Source: Octopus bimaculoides (lineage: Eukaryota). From it: 57,512 bases of DNA. The position numbers and the translations under genes are program-made. Where the stretch lies: positions 44,139,379-44,196,890 of the forward strand of contig NC_068990.1 of assembly GCF_001194135.2 (NCBI RefSeq). The letters are read 5' to 3'. Under the pieces are notes generated by a model that was not told the origin of the DNA, ran no database searches, and worked only from the letters and a program-made list of their open reading frames with translations. Shown piece after piece: positions 26,616 to 41,153 of this stretch; position 1 is the stretch's first letter, and each line of letters begins with the position of its first letter.

Positions 26616-26830
26616 TTTTTGTGTCTGTTCCACCACCACCACCACTTGACAACTGTTGCTGGTGTGTTTATGTCCCCGGAAATTAGCGGTTCGGCCAAAC
26701 AGACCGATAGAATAAATACTAGGCTTTCAAACAAAAATAAGGTCCTGGGTGTCGATTTATTCTACTAGAACCTTTGAAGTCGATGCCCCAGCATGGCCAG
26801 AATCAAAGTAAAAGAAAAATGATAAAGTAT
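26384..26830 (+). mobile_element. SINE family A, full length
   Basis: Head GGCGCCGTCGTGGCTGTGTG...GGGTTCAGTCCC, GGCACCTTGGACAAGTGTCTTC, internal (GT)n and tail CCCCAGCATGGCC. Confidence 0.9.
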
Positions 26831-26846
26831 AAGGATATGTCTATCT

Positions 26847-26881
<35 letters not shown>

Positions 26882-27660
26882 CGCACACATACACACATAC
26901 ACACATTCACACATTCTATCCCCATCTATTCCTTATTTTTCTATCTTTTCTCTTTCTTTCTTTGTCTTTCTATATATAAATTGTAGGCACACGAAGCAGT
27001 AAGAATCAAAATATTGATGTGGATATTATTTTTGACAGTTACTCTATACTGTTACATAAAACATTTGTTGTGAGATTTTATCTAAGAGAAAATTACCCTT
27101 TATAGACTTTATATGTAAAAATACATTGAACTGCGTTCCAAATGATGTCAGCTGACAACGAAGCAAAGTGTTTCGACATGACGTCGTTCCCGCAGTGGTA
27201 GATACCGTCTCGCTCATTTGTAGACACGCCGAAAACTTAGTCCTATATACAAGAAAAAACAACAAAAAAATTTTTTTTTTCTGGTGTGTCTAAGGGTTAC
27301 AAATCAAAATTTAATTGATTTTAAGCATATACATCAGTGAGAATTAAAATATATTTGTGTACATCTTTGTAGCATACATTCCTTTACGCTTGAACATGAA
27401 AGGAATTCCAACTTAGCCAGTCTCAACATAAAATCAGCAAACGTTTGCTATTTATTTAAATGAATAGAAGTACCAGCCTGGATCCAGATGTTCGAGGTGC
27501 TACTTATCACTAACGGGATGAAATCATACCAAAACACTGTATCTGTTACTCTGCTCGGTGTGTTTTTATGAAACAATATCTATTTTCTACGAAACACACA
27601 CACACACGCATATGTACATACATGCGCGCACATATATACCTGCACACATATATATATATA

Positions 27661-27705
<45 letters not shown>

Positions 27706-27908
27706 GTGTGTAGTTTAGGACAATCAGTAAGCTGTAAAAATAGTACTCGGAGTTTCAAATGCTGGAGCTAAGAGCTACGATGCATTCTCGTCGGTACTAT
27801 TATGACAGCTTACTGTTATGACAGCTTACTGATTATCCTAAACTATACATATATATATAAATAGTCCTCTGTTTACCTAATATCGAGGTCTCATTCTTTT
27901 GTTGTCAC

Positions 27909-27960
<52 letters not shown>

Positions 27961-28059
27961 GTTATATATATAAATGCTTATATACATACATATATGTACA
28001 TACCTACATCTATATGTATACATACATGCATATATGGGTACAGGACATCACAAAAAAAA

Positions 28060-28206
28060 CGTTAAACACAATGAGAAACGAAAACAGAAAACGAAATTTT
28101 TTTGAACAACGGAAAAAAAAACAGAGACGAGACATACAACAAAAAGAATATTTCCCTTCATCAGTTATCCTTGTTCCATCCACTCCGCGTTTCGAACACA
28201 GAACGT

Positions 28207-28210
<4 letters not shown>
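28060..28210. repeat. Unclassified dispersed repeat, copy 1
   Basis: AACACAATGAGAA...CAGAGACGAGACAT.CAAC...TTCCCTTCATCAGTT...TTTCGAA is shared with 36030-36190. Confidence 0.7.
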
Positions 28211-28260
<50 letters not shown>

Positions 28261-28558
28261 NNNNNNNNNNNNNNNNNNNNNNNNNNNNNNNNNNNNNNNN
28301 NNNNNNNNNNNNNNNNNNNNNNNNNNNNNNNNNNNNNNNNNNNNNNNNNNNNNNNNNNNNNNNNNNNNNNNNNNNNNNNNNNNNNNNNNNNNNNNNNNNN
28401 NNNNNNNNNNNNNNNNNNNNNNNNNNNNNNNNNNNNNNNNNNNNNNNNNNNNNNNNNNNNNNNNNNNNNNNNNNNNNNNNNNNNNNNNNNNNNNNNNNNN
28501 NNNNNNNNNNNNNNNNNNNNNNNNNNNNNNNNNNNNNNNNNNNNNNNNNNNNNNNNNN

Positions 28559-28600
<42 letters not shown>

Positions 28601-28666
28601 GTATATATATATAATATGTTATTTACATTTACATAGATATATGTATATGTGTGTTACATACATACC

Positions 28667-28838
28667 TTTCTTATTCCTTTATTGCCCACAAGGGGCTAAA
28701 CATAGAGGGGACAAACAAGGACAGACAAAGGGATTAATTCGATTACATCGACCCCAGTGCGTAACTGGTACTTAATTTATCGACCCCTAAACGATGAAAA
28801 GCAAAGTCGATCTCGGCGAAATTTGAACTCAGAACGTA
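28667..28838 (-). mobile_element. SINE family C, 5'-truncated, A-rich tail type
   Basis: TTTATTGCCCACAAGGGGCTAAAC...ACTGGTACTTAATTTATCGACCC...TTTGAACTCAGAACGTAA, homologous to 13799-14027. Confidence 0.88.
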
Positions 28839-29286
28839 ATATACATATCTTTCTGTTTACATACATGCATACACACACAGACATGTACTTACACATATAA
28901 ATATTGTTCACCAAACTTCATATTCTGTCTGACGATCAGCAACGTGAAACTCTAATGATAAAATGTGAAGTAACGAGGTACAATTAACACAAATTACTCT
29001 CATTCCCTGGTGTTGGGTATTGTTTGGCACTACACGTCTGTACCTACGTGCACTGTATGCATACATAGATATAACTATAGATACATAGATCGTTAAATGG
29101 ATAGACAGATATTGACAGATAATTGATAAACTATATCATAAAGAACATGGAAAAATCGATAGTACAGTAGGATATGGGTGATTACGTGAGAAAGGAACAC
29201 TTGAAAGACTAGATTTCCGGTTCTGTGAGAAAGTAATCTGATCAGTTCTGGAAAGATGCTGCTGCTCTACAACTACTACAACAATA

Positions 29287-29318
<32 letters not shown>

Positions 29319-29469
29319 CGCGCGTGAGCTAAACCAGCGGTTCTCAAACTAAAATCAGGTCCACCCACTCAGGTAGTAGAGAAATGTTTGATCCAGTTCT
29401 CTTTATTAATTGTTTCTAATATTGGCACATGACCAACCATTATATAGGAAGAAATTCAATCGATAATAT

Positions 29470-29820
29470 GAACCTTTAGTACTTTAGTACTTCAGCGGTA
29501 CTTGATTATATCGACCCCAAAAGGAACTCGTCCTGAAGTGAACCAAAAAAGGTTAAGAGCTGGAAGAAGGTATATTTTTCGACGCTCTAATGACTCTACA
29601 GTTTGTTGCTTTCTTCGTCTTTACCAATGAGAAGACAAAATATATTTTTCGTCCATAAAAATTCTTCTTTCTTCGTCTTGGCTTATTTTATTGACCTGGA
29701 ATGAGATGAAAGGCAAAGTAGCCCCCAGCGGCAGTTCAGCTCAGAACGTAAAGAGCCGGCGGAAATGGCGTTAATCATTTTGCACGGTGCGGCAACGATT
29801 CTGCCAACTGACTGCCTTCA
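29470..29820 (-). mobile_element. Two degraded SINE family C pieces
   Basis: GGTACTTGATTATATCGACCCC and GATGAAAGGCAAAGT...CTCAGAACGTAAAG...GATTCTGCCAACT. Confidence 0.65.
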
Positions 29821-30335
29821 ACCCCCTTAATAATACTTGTAGCTTTTCTTCATGAAAAGCATGTGCTAGACCACAGCTAAATGAAGCCCCTTTCGGGTTA
29901 TTAATGACAATGGTTCATTCCACAATCTACTACATCCACCGACCAATCGGCATACTTTCTTCGCTGTTTTATCTCTGAANNNNNNNNNNNNNNNNNNNNN
30001 NNNNNNNNNNNNNNNNNNNNNNNNNNNNNNNNNNNNNNNNNNNNNNNNNNNNNNNNNNNNNNNNNNNNNNNNNNNNNNNNNNNNNNNNNNNNNNATAGAT
30101 CGCTTCTCTCTCTCTCTGTCCCTCTGTCCCTCTCCCTCCCTCCCTCTCTCCCTCCCTCGACTCCCTCTCTTTCCCTTCTTCACATTTCTTTCATGTTCCC
30201 TCTCCGTATCATATATTATTTCACCATCTATATAGCTGCAACCCTCTGGAATTCGATCACCATACCAGTTTTCAGATTCATGCCGATTTCCTATAAGATA
30301 TGAACGCAGGTACGCGTGAATGCATGCGCCAGCGC

Positions 30336-30378
<43 letters not shown>

Positions 30379-31299
30379 TGCGCGCGAGCGCATACAGGTC
30401 TCCCTGCGGTTGTATATGTTTTTATTGAGTGCGTTTGAGTGAGTGTGTGTATGTGTATATATGTGTGTGTGTAGGCATTATGTAGATGTCTGCTTTCACT
30501 TGAATATATACTGAAGGAATATAATTACATTTGTCTGTGAGAATACACACACACATATTCACCTGAATGTTTGTGAACGTGTGAATGTTTATTGTGCGAG
30601 CTGCCAATTGAAACTTAAACAATGTGCAGTGACACTGATGGCTTCCATGAAATGTACAAGGGAACTGACAAGACGCCCTGTTGTGTGTGCTTAAGATGTG
30701 TGTATATGTGTGTGTGTGAACATATGTAAGTGTATGGATGTGAGGAGGAAATTAAGCACCATTTTAGACACCAGTTTGTGTGTATGCGATGTGGGAATGC
30801 ATGTGTGCATGTGTAAGGGTGTGAAGGTGAAGTCGGATTTTTCATGTCAACATGTGGTGCACATCTGCTTAATATTAGAAGCACTGAAATAATGCATATG
30901 AAAACGACGCTGACAGACAGATGCATACATATGCACAGCTCACACACACACACATGCGCACACACACTTCCATATACATACACAGAGAATAGAAATGGAT
31001 AAAAAAGGAAGAAAGAGAGTTGTATATACGCAGCATGTCTTTTGCGCTTATATGCATACATAATACATATATATATACACTAATAAATTGCATTCACATG
31101 CATGTAAACATACATAGATCAATCAATGTGCTTGGAAATTAATTTACCCACATTCATATGTACTTGAATATATACGTATATACTCACATATGCATATGTG
31201 CGTGTGTGTATACATTGCGCGTATGTTTGTGACATCTATATATGTGTGCGTATTACGTTCATATGTAAATACATGTCATACATGGATACATAGGCACAT

Positions 31300-32460
31300 A
31301 TATACAAAATTACATGGTGATGGCAGTTTCTTCGTGTTCGACGATCTTGAGAAAGGGCGGCACGACCTTGTGTGGCTTGCAAACCAATCTTTGACGCTGC
31401 AGAGCTTTTCCTCTTGCTTGCACTTCGTAGTTTTAAAGAGAGTCAGTCTGCCCAATCCGATTTCATTCTTTAGACTTGAGGGCCTGACCACAATGGCACA
31501 AAATTACATTCATTGTGAAATGCCTACAATTTGGTTTCCAATTCATGGTTACTAGAATCTCTTCGACATGCTAAATTTCCAGACAACAACCTCTCTATGA
31601 TAATGTTTATACTATCGGTATACCTCTTTTTATCGAGGTCATCTGAAGAGGACGTAATTTACTCACAGGAAGGCAGAAACACCAATCTAAAAGATCGCTT
31701 CCTTATAGAAGATCTGAAAAGAAACACTAGAAATATGAATGGACTGAAGAGCTTTAACCTGGTTACATTTTCAACAGATACAAGGATGGGGTTTCGTCAA
31801 TAAACATGTTCCTACCTGGTTGTAAAATGATGGAAGACTAGAATGTCAGTCAGCAGCGATTGATTATTTCTCTATGTGATGGGGAACGTTAAGGAAGAAA
31901 ATATATCCTATTATAAAAGTTTTACTAACGAATACATAAGCAGAGAATATATCGTGATAAAAACATAAAGTTGTCTGAACATTCTACGTTGCATAAATCA
32001 GTTTCTCATACGATTATTCCCAGCAACATTTATGCAATTCGAGTATTCGATTAGACGCCAAATAAGGTCCAATTCATTGATTTGAAAACCCGAAAATAAT
32101 AAGTGACCCGAATAACATGACTTCCATAAGAATATCAACATCAAGTGAAATTGATTAGCCATACCTAAACCCTAAATAAGGAATCAGGTGCCTAATATCG
32201 ATTCGAGCAGCTCTTGTATATCACCATACATCTCTTGGTCAACATCTACAAACCTCCAACTGTCAAATTGTATCCATGGGTAAAGATAGTATATATGAGG
32301 CCGGTTACATCGTGAGAGTTGGAAAAGAGCTTCGCAGGAGATATTTCCTTCCTAATGGTCAGAGACACTTGATTAGGTATGTTGCAGCGCTCTGCTTCAA
32401 AAGAATACCAGATAAAAGGGTTTCTGTTCCTCAGTAGAAAGCTCATGCATTGTCATATTG
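31300..32460 (+). mobile_element. Probable highly decayed Ty3/Gypsy pol remnant
   Basis: Collinear weak motifs across frames: FVFDDL (YxDD-like), EMPT, KYEWTEEL, FSTDT (TDAS-like), GKDSIYEAGYIVR (GKxxxxADxLSR-like) and KRVSVP. Each is weak alone, but the order is correct. Confidence 0.4.
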
Positions 32461-34044
32461 TCAGAGAAGTTCAAAGTAACAGTGACACAGATAACCGAAG
32501 TAGACTCTGATAGATTAACAACCAGTATATATCGTAATTTCGAAGGGTTTGCTTTTACCACATAGAATAGGAAATAGCAACAAAATCCTCGGTGCACAAT
32601 AGGGAGGGACGCAGTAAAATCAACGAAGTGTGAGAAGCGATGCTGACTCTGTTGAGTCACTACCGAAGAGATGAAACCCTCATCATTAGAAGGTGTCGAC
32701 CACGTCGAATACTTGTAGAAACATTTAATAAATTCAGTAATCATAAGCAGACATGATAATCACAGTAAATTTATCCTAGTGAATTATTATTTGTATTATT
32801 AAATTATTATTTGAAATAATTGACTAGGAAAATTTTTCTTTTGGGTTTGTCAGATTTTCTATGTTGTTTCTTTAGCAACTCTTGTATCATATGATGGTTC
32901 ATGTAAGGAAACCAACTAGCCAATAAGTGGGGAGTGACTGAATAAATAATACATATAATAATATATGTTATACACAATTATACCCTATACTATAATAATA
33001 TATGAAATATACTGACCTGATGCAATTGCAAAATATACATTTAATATTCATGGAAAAAAAATAGTTACAGAAAATGTTTATATAAACATCAGCATGTATT
33101 CTTCACCGGTAAGTTCTCTGGTTTCGTGCAAACGAACAGACTTCAGTGAGTGAAAAGACTACATAGTACACTGGCAATTCATACTTTCATCGGTTGGAAG
33201 GGTCTAAAGTTGCTGAATTGCTGGGGGTAATATGTAGATTGAAAAATATCGTACAGAGATGGAATACGAGCAATACAACTGAAATTGTACTAATCCCATT
33301 CTACATTAGAGTGCTCTACAAATGTTGAGAATGAAGTTGATATTATACAGTTTAATCAAATATCTCAGTATATGGTATTCTGTGGCAGAAATACGGAGTG
33401 CTCAGCATTCTCCTGCATAAGGTTTGTATAACATGTATTAGAGATTTGATGCACATACAAAACATACGTTAAATGTACATGTAAAAACGTATATATGCAG
33501 AAAGTGTTACAAATATTTTTGCTCGGCAAATAAGATCTCGAATTTCGTACAAGAGCACCGAACGGTCTGCTACAGGAATATACAATATATTGGGATATAT
33601 TTGTAAAAATTTATGTTATTATGTTGTTTTATATGTGTGTGTATGTATACATACAAACATATATTTATATATGCTTGTACGTAATGTATGCAAAAAGTAT
33701 TCATAACTGCATAAGTATGCATACACCTGACCGCTTTCAAAGATCAAGAAATATTCAAGTAGAGTCGGCACATTCCATTTATTTAAAAAAACAAAAAAAG
33801 CAAATTTGGAAAAAGAATCTCGGTTAGGGTTAAGAATGTCTGCATCGAACGGAGAAGCAGAAAAAGTTTATATGTTGACTGATATTCATTCTGTGGGTGT
33901 AGAATTGTGGTTAATGGATCAAGACACCACGTTGATGAGGTGGTTCTAATCATTTCCATTGGTAATGTTCGTTAGATTCCCTCTTTGATGTGTGTTTTCA
34001 TCCATATCTCGAGTTTGTATCTTCGAATGTAGATTTATGCATAC

Positions 34045-34077
<33 letters not shown>

Positions 34078-34372
34078 NNNNNNNNNNNNNNNNNNNNNNN
34101 NNNNNNNNNNNNNNNNNNNNNNNNNNNNNNNNNNNNNNNNNNNNNNNNNNNNNNNNNNNNNNNNNNNNNNNNNNNNNNNNNNNNNNNNNNNNNNNNNNNN
34201 NNNNNNNNNNNNNNNNNNNNNNNNNNNNNNNNNNNNNNNNNNNNNNNNNNNNNNNNNNNNNNNNNNNNNNNNNNNNNNNNNNNNNNNNNNNNNNNNNNNN
34301 NNNNNNNNNNNNNNNNNNNNNNNNNNNNNNNNNNNNNNNNNNNNNNNNNNNNNNNNNNNNNNNNNNNNNNNN

Positions 34373-34431
<59 letters not shown>

Positions 34432-34664
34432 CAAAATGAGATAACAAAGCAAAGACTGTGAGAAGTTTTCAGGACATTTATAAGGAAATGCATATAGATA
34501 GTCTTACAGTTGTTTCTGGAATATTATGGATATCCCTTCATCAGAGACGGTGTGGAATGGTTAAGTAGAGATAAATATTTCAGTTTGAAATATGTATATA
34601 TATGTATATAAATATATGCACAAAATGATGCATGCATGTATGTATGTATGTATGTATGTATGTA

Positions 34665-34701
<37 letters not shown>

Positions 34702-35208
34702 ATGTATGTACGTATGCACGTATGTACGTATGTACGTATGTATGTATGTATGTATCTATGTATGTATGTATGTATCTATGTAAGTATGTATGACCCTTGG
34801 GATACCAGCTTTCAGATTCTAACTCGTTAAATATATTTTGAATAAACATGTATTCTTGATTTAAAGTTAAATCTCGCTTCATTGAATATAAATTTAATAT
34901 TCCTACAAACACACAAACATGCATACATACACATACACAAACACATATACACACACGTACACAGATTCAAATATACCACAAACACACATACGTGTGTATG
35001 CATGCGTGTATAAATGTGTGTGTCTGCGTGTGTGTGTGTATGTGTGTGTGTGTGTCTGTGTCTGTACGTTTAGGGTGGGCTGCAGTAATCTGACAAATTT
35101 GTCATTTCTAGGAAATTTATTTCAATCATCGGATTTGATACCATATACTAATATGGAAGTATGCATCATACATGTGTGTGTGTGTGTATGTATGTAGATA
35201 TGTATATA

Positions 35209-35243
<35 letters not shown>

Positions 35244-36029
35244 NNNNNNNNNNNNNNNNNNNNNNNNNNNNNNNNNNNNNNNNNNNNNNNNNNNNNNNNN
35301 NNNNNNNNNNNNNNNNNNNNNNNNNNNNNNNNNNNNNNNNNNNNNNNNNNNNNNNNNNNNNNNNNNNNNNNNNNNNNNNNNNNNNNNNNNNNNNNNNNNN
35401 NNNNNNNNNNNNNNNNNNNNNNNNNNNNNNNNNNNNNNNNNNNNNNNNNNNNNNNNNNNNNNNNNNNNNNNNNNNNNNNNNNNNNNNNNNNNNNNNNNNN
35501 NNNNNNNNNNNNNNNNNNNNNNNNNNNNNNNNNNNNNNNNNNNNNNNNNNNNNNNNNNNNNNNNNNNNNNNNNNNNNNNNNNNNNNNNNNNNNNNNNNNN
35601 NNNNNNNNNNNNNNNNNNNNNNNNNNNNNNNNNNNNNNNNNNNNNNNNNNNNNNNNNNNNNNNNNNNNNNNNNNNNNNNNNNNNNNNNNNNNNNNNNNNN
35701 NNNNNNNNNNNNNNNNNNNNNNNNNNNNNNNNNNNNNNNNNNNNNNNNNNNNNNNNNNNNNNNNNNNNNNNNNNNNNNNNNNNNNNNNNNNNNNNNNNNN
35801 NNNNNNNNNNNNNNNNNNNNNNNNNNNNNNNNNNNNNNNNNNNNNNNNNNNNNNNNNNNNNNNNNNNNNNNNNNNNNNNNNNNNNNNNNNNNNNNNNNNN
35901 NNNNNNNNNNNNNNNNNNNNNNNNNNNNNNNNNNNNNNNNNNNNNNNNNNNNNNNNNNNNNNNNNNNNNNNNNNNNNNNNNNNNNNNNNNNNNNNNNNNN
36001 NNNNNNNNNNNNNNNNNNNNNNNNNNNTT

Positions 36030-36190
36030 AAACACAATGAGAAGCAAAAACAAAAAAACGAACTTTGTTTCGCGTAATGAAAAAAAACAGAGAAACGAGA
36101 CATGCAACATAAATTATATTCCCCTTCATCAGTTCTCCCTGTTTCATCTACTCTGCATTTCGAAGGTAAGAACAATACGCGACTTCGTTG
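36030..36190. repeat. Unclassified dispersed repeat, copy 2
   Basis: Homologous to 28060-28210. Confidence 0.7.
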
Positions 36191-36841
36191 AAACAGTACT
36201 TCCCGTAAAGCAAATTAATTAAAATTTGAGGCTTTTTGCGGAGGGTGAAAATGTTAACAAGAACAGGACAGTGAGAACAAGACTGTAAAAACAAACTGTG
36301 AGGGCTTTTGAACCAAGACGATAGAAAAATTATTATGAACGCAAGGAGGACGAGCCATGAGAAGAGACAGGCAATAGCACGTCTTGTGTGTTTAGGAAAG
36401 AAATGGACAGAAAGATAGATCCCCTTTCATCAGATGTCAGCAACGAGAGAGTCAAGAAGGAAGACTGAGAGAGAAAGGGAACGGTGAAGGGGAGAAGAGA
36501 AGAATAGGGAAAGGGTGGGAGAGAAAAACAGAAAGGATGAAGAACAAGAGTGGGAGATATATGAGTTCAGCAAAAATCTAGATTCAGATGAATATGGTAC
36601 TTAAGTTGAGGCACCAGAATTTAGTAGGTATTATCCGGGCAACAATGTTCTTTGTCTATCGTCTTAACTTTTTGGAGATTTTAGGCAAAATTATACTAAT
36701 GTGTCCATCTATTTTAATTTAATTAAATTCTGTCTTTGTGCAGCTGAGGATTGCTCTGCATTTAAATTGATGTAATGGTTGCATTGTTCAATTAAATGGA
36801 GTTGCGTGAAACGATCGTACTGCATTACCTCTGGATATCCT

Positions 36842-37005
36842 TGTTGGCTGTGTGGTAAGTAGCTTGCTTACCAGCCACATGGTTCCGGGTTCATTCCCAC
36901 TTCCTGGCACCTTGGGCAAGTGTCTTCTGCTATAGCCTCGAGCGGACCAAAGCCTTGTGAGTGGATTTGGTAGACGGAAACTGAAAGAAGCCCGTCGTAT
37001 ATATG

Positions 37006-37077
<72 letters not shown>
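36842..37077 (+). mobile_element. SINE family A, 5' half (runs into a gap)
   Basis: TGGCTGTGTGGTAAGTAGCTTGCTTACCAGCCACATGGTTCCGGGTTCATTCCC...GGCACCTTGGGCAAGTGTCTTC. Confidence 0.92.
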
Positions 37078-37856
37078 NNNNNNNNNNNNNNNNNNNNNNN
37101 NNNNNNNNNNNNNNNNNNNNNNNNNNNNNNNNNNNNNNNNNNNNNNNNNNNNNNNNNNNNNNNNNNNNNNNNNNNNNNNNNNNNNNNNNNNNNNNNNNNN
37201 NNNNNNNNNNNNNNNNNNNNNNNNNNNNNNNNNNNNNNNNNNNNNNNNNNNNNNNNNNNNNNNNNNNNNNNNNNNNNNNNNNNNNNNNNNNNNNNNNNNN
37301 NNNNNNNNNNNNNNNNNNNNNNNNNNNNNNNNNNNNNNNNNNNNNNNNNNNNNNNNNNNNNNNNNNNNNNNNNNNNNNNNNNNNNNNNNNNNNNNNNNNN
37401 NNNNNNNNNNNNNNNNNNNNNNNNNNNNNNNNNNNNNNNNNNNNNNNNNNNNNNNNNNNNNNNNNNNNNNNNNNNNNNNNNNNNNNNNNNNNNNNNNNNN
37501 NNNNNNNNNNNNNNNNNNNNNNNNNNNNNNNNNNNNNNNNNNNNNNNNNNNNNNNNNNNNNNNNNNNNNNNNNNNNNNNNNNNNNNNNNNNNNNNNNNNN
37601 NNNNNNNNNNNNNNNNNNNNNNNNNNNNNNNNNNNNNNNNNNNNNNNNNNNNNNNNNNNNNNNNNNNNNNNNNNNNNNNNNNNNNNNNNNNNNNNNNNNN
37701 NNNNNNNNNNNNNNNNNNNNNNNNNNNNNNNNNNNNNNNNNNNNNNNNNNNNNNNNNNNNNNNNNNNNNNNNNNNNNNNNNNNNNNNNNNNNNNNNNNNN
37801 NNNNNNNNNNNNNNNNNNNNNNNNNNNNNNNNNNNNNNNNNNNNNNNNNNNNNNNN

Positions 37857-37895
<39 letters not shown>

Positions 37896-38949
37896 ATGTG
37901 TGTTTGTGTGTGTGTATGGTGTCTGTATATACGCACACACAAATATATGAGTACATCAGTGCAAAACACGATGGTGAAAATAGCACTCGAATACTAAAGA
38001 AATGTATTTATGCGTACGCGTAACCGTGCAGTTGAAATCAAAGGAATACCTTTTTAATAAATATAATATTTAACTTTCATATTTTAATTAATTTCGACCT
38101 GATAACACCACAGCTTATTTTACCTTTCTAAGTGCAAAAACAGGGATAAATTTGATTTGCTTCTTATCTTATTAGACCCTCACATTGACAAGAATACTTA
38201 TTCTCCTGTAACAGAAAGACTGAGCTATTTAAAGCGTATACAAACGCAGAGCTACATTATTCTGTTTAACAGGCATGACAATACGTACTCTGACAAGATG
38301 AATTAATCAATCAATTAGTGCTCTGCAAAACGTTGCTTTTTAATACTTTGTGGTGTAAAATATACCTTTCAACAAACATATAATTAATGTCTTTAATCTT
38401 ATATATGTAGCGCATGCCTCTGCTCTTGCATGTTCTATATAACCATTAAGAAACTAATATATGAAGCAAATATCATTACAAATACAAACCACCGAAGAAC
38501 AAATTACAAATCTGTATTTACCATCGTCAAAGTAGCTAGCTACAACCAGATGACAATAACATTACGATTAATTACCGTCTAATATTATTGTTGATTATTA
38601 AAGAAAGCTCAAACGAAATGTACGCGCATATACGAACACATACATTATATACTCGCAATAAGCAGCATTTTCCTCATTCTTTTCACCAGTTATTTCGCGA
38701 AGTTAGTTTTGTACCATTAGCTTTTATGTTGTAATAGTCTTTTTCCGTTTGTGAGTTCTTGTCATTTGTATAATCGACGTAGGTAGAGTGGATTGGTGAA
38801 GGAGGGAACTCACGCCGACTATGCATCATTCACAGAAAACCAGTCTTGATACATTTTATTGGCAAACCCAATGAAGTCTAATGTAGCCCGAATTTTTTTT
38901 TTTTTTACCAAAACTGTCTCTATAATATAAAGTACGCAAAAAGAACACA

Positions 38950-39199
38950 AAGCTGTGTAGGATCATCGCCTTTTTTACGACCTGGGGCGTCAGACACAAT
39001 TTAAAGCATTGGCATTCATTACAGAGAGGTGAGTGTAGCTCAATAGCCATTTTTCTCATCACCGGTCGTGAATCGCCGATGATTTCATCAACGAAATATT
39101 CCAAATCCCTTTCGTAGAGGAATTAGACCCTCACCCCATCCGATGTTAAAGACTGCAGAAACTACCACGAGGATTATACAAATTTCTAGCGGAAAACAC
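38950..39199 (-). mobile_element. Decayed mariner transposase fragment
   Basis: Minus strand gives FVDEII, then TTGDEK (TGDEKW-like), then KKAMIL (KKVML-like). Truncated by a gap. Confidence 0.5.
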
Positions 39200-40029
39200 N
39201 NNNNNNNNNNNNNNNNNNNNNNNNNNNNNNNNNNNNNNNNNNNNNNNNNNNNNNNNNNNNNNNNNNNNNNNNNNNNNNNNNNNNNNNNNNNNNNNNNNNN
39301 NNNNNNNNNNNNNNNNNNNNNNNNNNNNNNNNNNNNNNNNNNNNNNNNNNNNNNNNNNNNNNNNNNNNNNNNNNNNNNNNNNNNNNNNNNNNNNNNNNNN
39401 NNNNNNNNNNNNNNNNNNNNNNNNNNNNNNNNNNNNNNNNNNNNNNNNNNNNNNNNNNNNNNNNNNNNNNNNNNNNNNNNNNNNNNNNNNNNNNNNNNNN
39501 NNNNNNNNNNNNNNNNNNNNNNNNNNNNNNNNNNNNNNNNNNNNNNNNNNNNNNNNNNNNNNNNNNNNNNNNNNNNNNNNNNNNNNNNNNNNNNNNNNNN
39601 NNNNNNNNNNNNNNNNNNNTATATATATACTTGAATATTTATCTTCTAAAAATCTTCAATCTTTGCTCTCTCTCTTTACATGTATAGATGTATATATATT
39701 TTGTATATCAAACCTAAGGAGTTTTTACTTGTTTATTTGCATCATTCTATCTCTCTGTTTCAGTTGTCTGTTTGTCTGTCCGTCTGTCTGTTTCTCTCTC
39801 TCTATGTATATATATAACGACATTAGTTATCAACGGGGGCATTGAATACATGCACATACGAAGTATAAATATAATCAAGCATAAAGTCAAACATACGGAC
39901 ACGTAGTCAGACGCAGATAAAAACAAAACGAAAAAAACTGGGAAGTAGATATCCAGAGGAACAACAAGAGAAACTACATTTTTCAGATAAACACCGATTC
40001 ATTGTATTATTTTCTCGTTGTGTCTAACA

Positions 40030-40030
<1 letters not shown>

Positions 40031-40060
<30 letters not shown>

Positions 40061-40118
40061 CTTCTTCTTCTTCTTCTTCTTCTTCTTCTTCTTCTTCTTC
40101 TTCTTCTTCTTCTTCTTC
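40031..40118. repeat. (CTT)n microsatellite
   Basis: Direct reading of the sequence. Confidence 0.97.
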
Positions 40119-41153
40119 CATGTGATTATTGTTGTCATCGTCGTCGTTGTTTCAGTTATGTTTATCTGTTACAACGATTTTTACAAAATGGCGGTAAAAT
40201 CTGACAAGAACTTTTCGCTTGTCAACATCCATGTTCGTCTGACATGGTGTCAGAGAGATAGTATTGCATTAAGTAACATTTTGCTGGAAGAAAAGCTTCA
40301 ACAAACGGCCGATAGAAGAACAATCGTTTCATTAAATGATAACATCAACAATGACAATAACAACATCGTCTGTAATGATGATTTCTATAGCATAAGTTAG
40401 TACAGCAATAATCAATGACATTTAAAGTTTATATAACAGCAACAATGTCATCAAAAACTATGAACATTACAGCAGCAGCAACATCAAAAATGTGTATTGT
40501 ACGATGCAAATAAGATGCTCTCTTATTTGTATCGTACATTACACATTTTCGACGCTTATAAAACAACAAATGTTAGTTTGTTTATATTTATATACACGTA
40601 GTTGTGCACTTAGCTTTAGAGCGTCTAAATTTGCGGTTAAATATATCAGAGGGCAGTCTAGCTTAATGATAAGGCATTTAGCCGGAGTCTTTGAGGTATG
40701 TAGGTTCGAGCCCCATGTAAGTTTGTTGACAAATTTTTCTGCTTTATAAGGGTAATTTACTCAATATTTCTGCTCTTCAATGGCGTTTCTGCGTTCGTAA
40801 AAATTATCATCTTATTTGTATCGTTATTTACTGTCTTCTTTTGATTGTAAACTTTTGATATATTGATTTGTTACCTAGGTTGGTTTGTTACCTATATCGA
40901 TCTGTTATTCATTGTGTCCTTTTACTTATGGCAAATATTGATCTACCACATCTATTGATCTGTTATTTATCATGACTTGTTAGTTATAGTCCACATTTAA
41001 TTATAATACGTTGTGACTTTTATTGTTCTACTACTTTTAGTGTTCTACTTCATACATCGATCTCTTACTTATATTGATCTGTTTGTACTTCTATTCCCAT
41101 TTATGCTACATATTTTGTATTTATTTTTTTAAATGTTGCTCCTTTTGTCACAA

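Noticed and set aside
30276-30309. Possible 34 nt micro-exon (TTTTCAG|...CAG|GTACGC)
   Set aside because: Modest splice signals, only one open frame, and no recognisable homology.
33070-33114. Strong donor CCG|GTAAGT at 33108/33109 with an upstream frame ENVYINISMYSSP
   Set aside because: The upstream acceptor lacks a pyrimidine tract and the peptide is unrecognised. It cannot be supported as an exon without RNA data.
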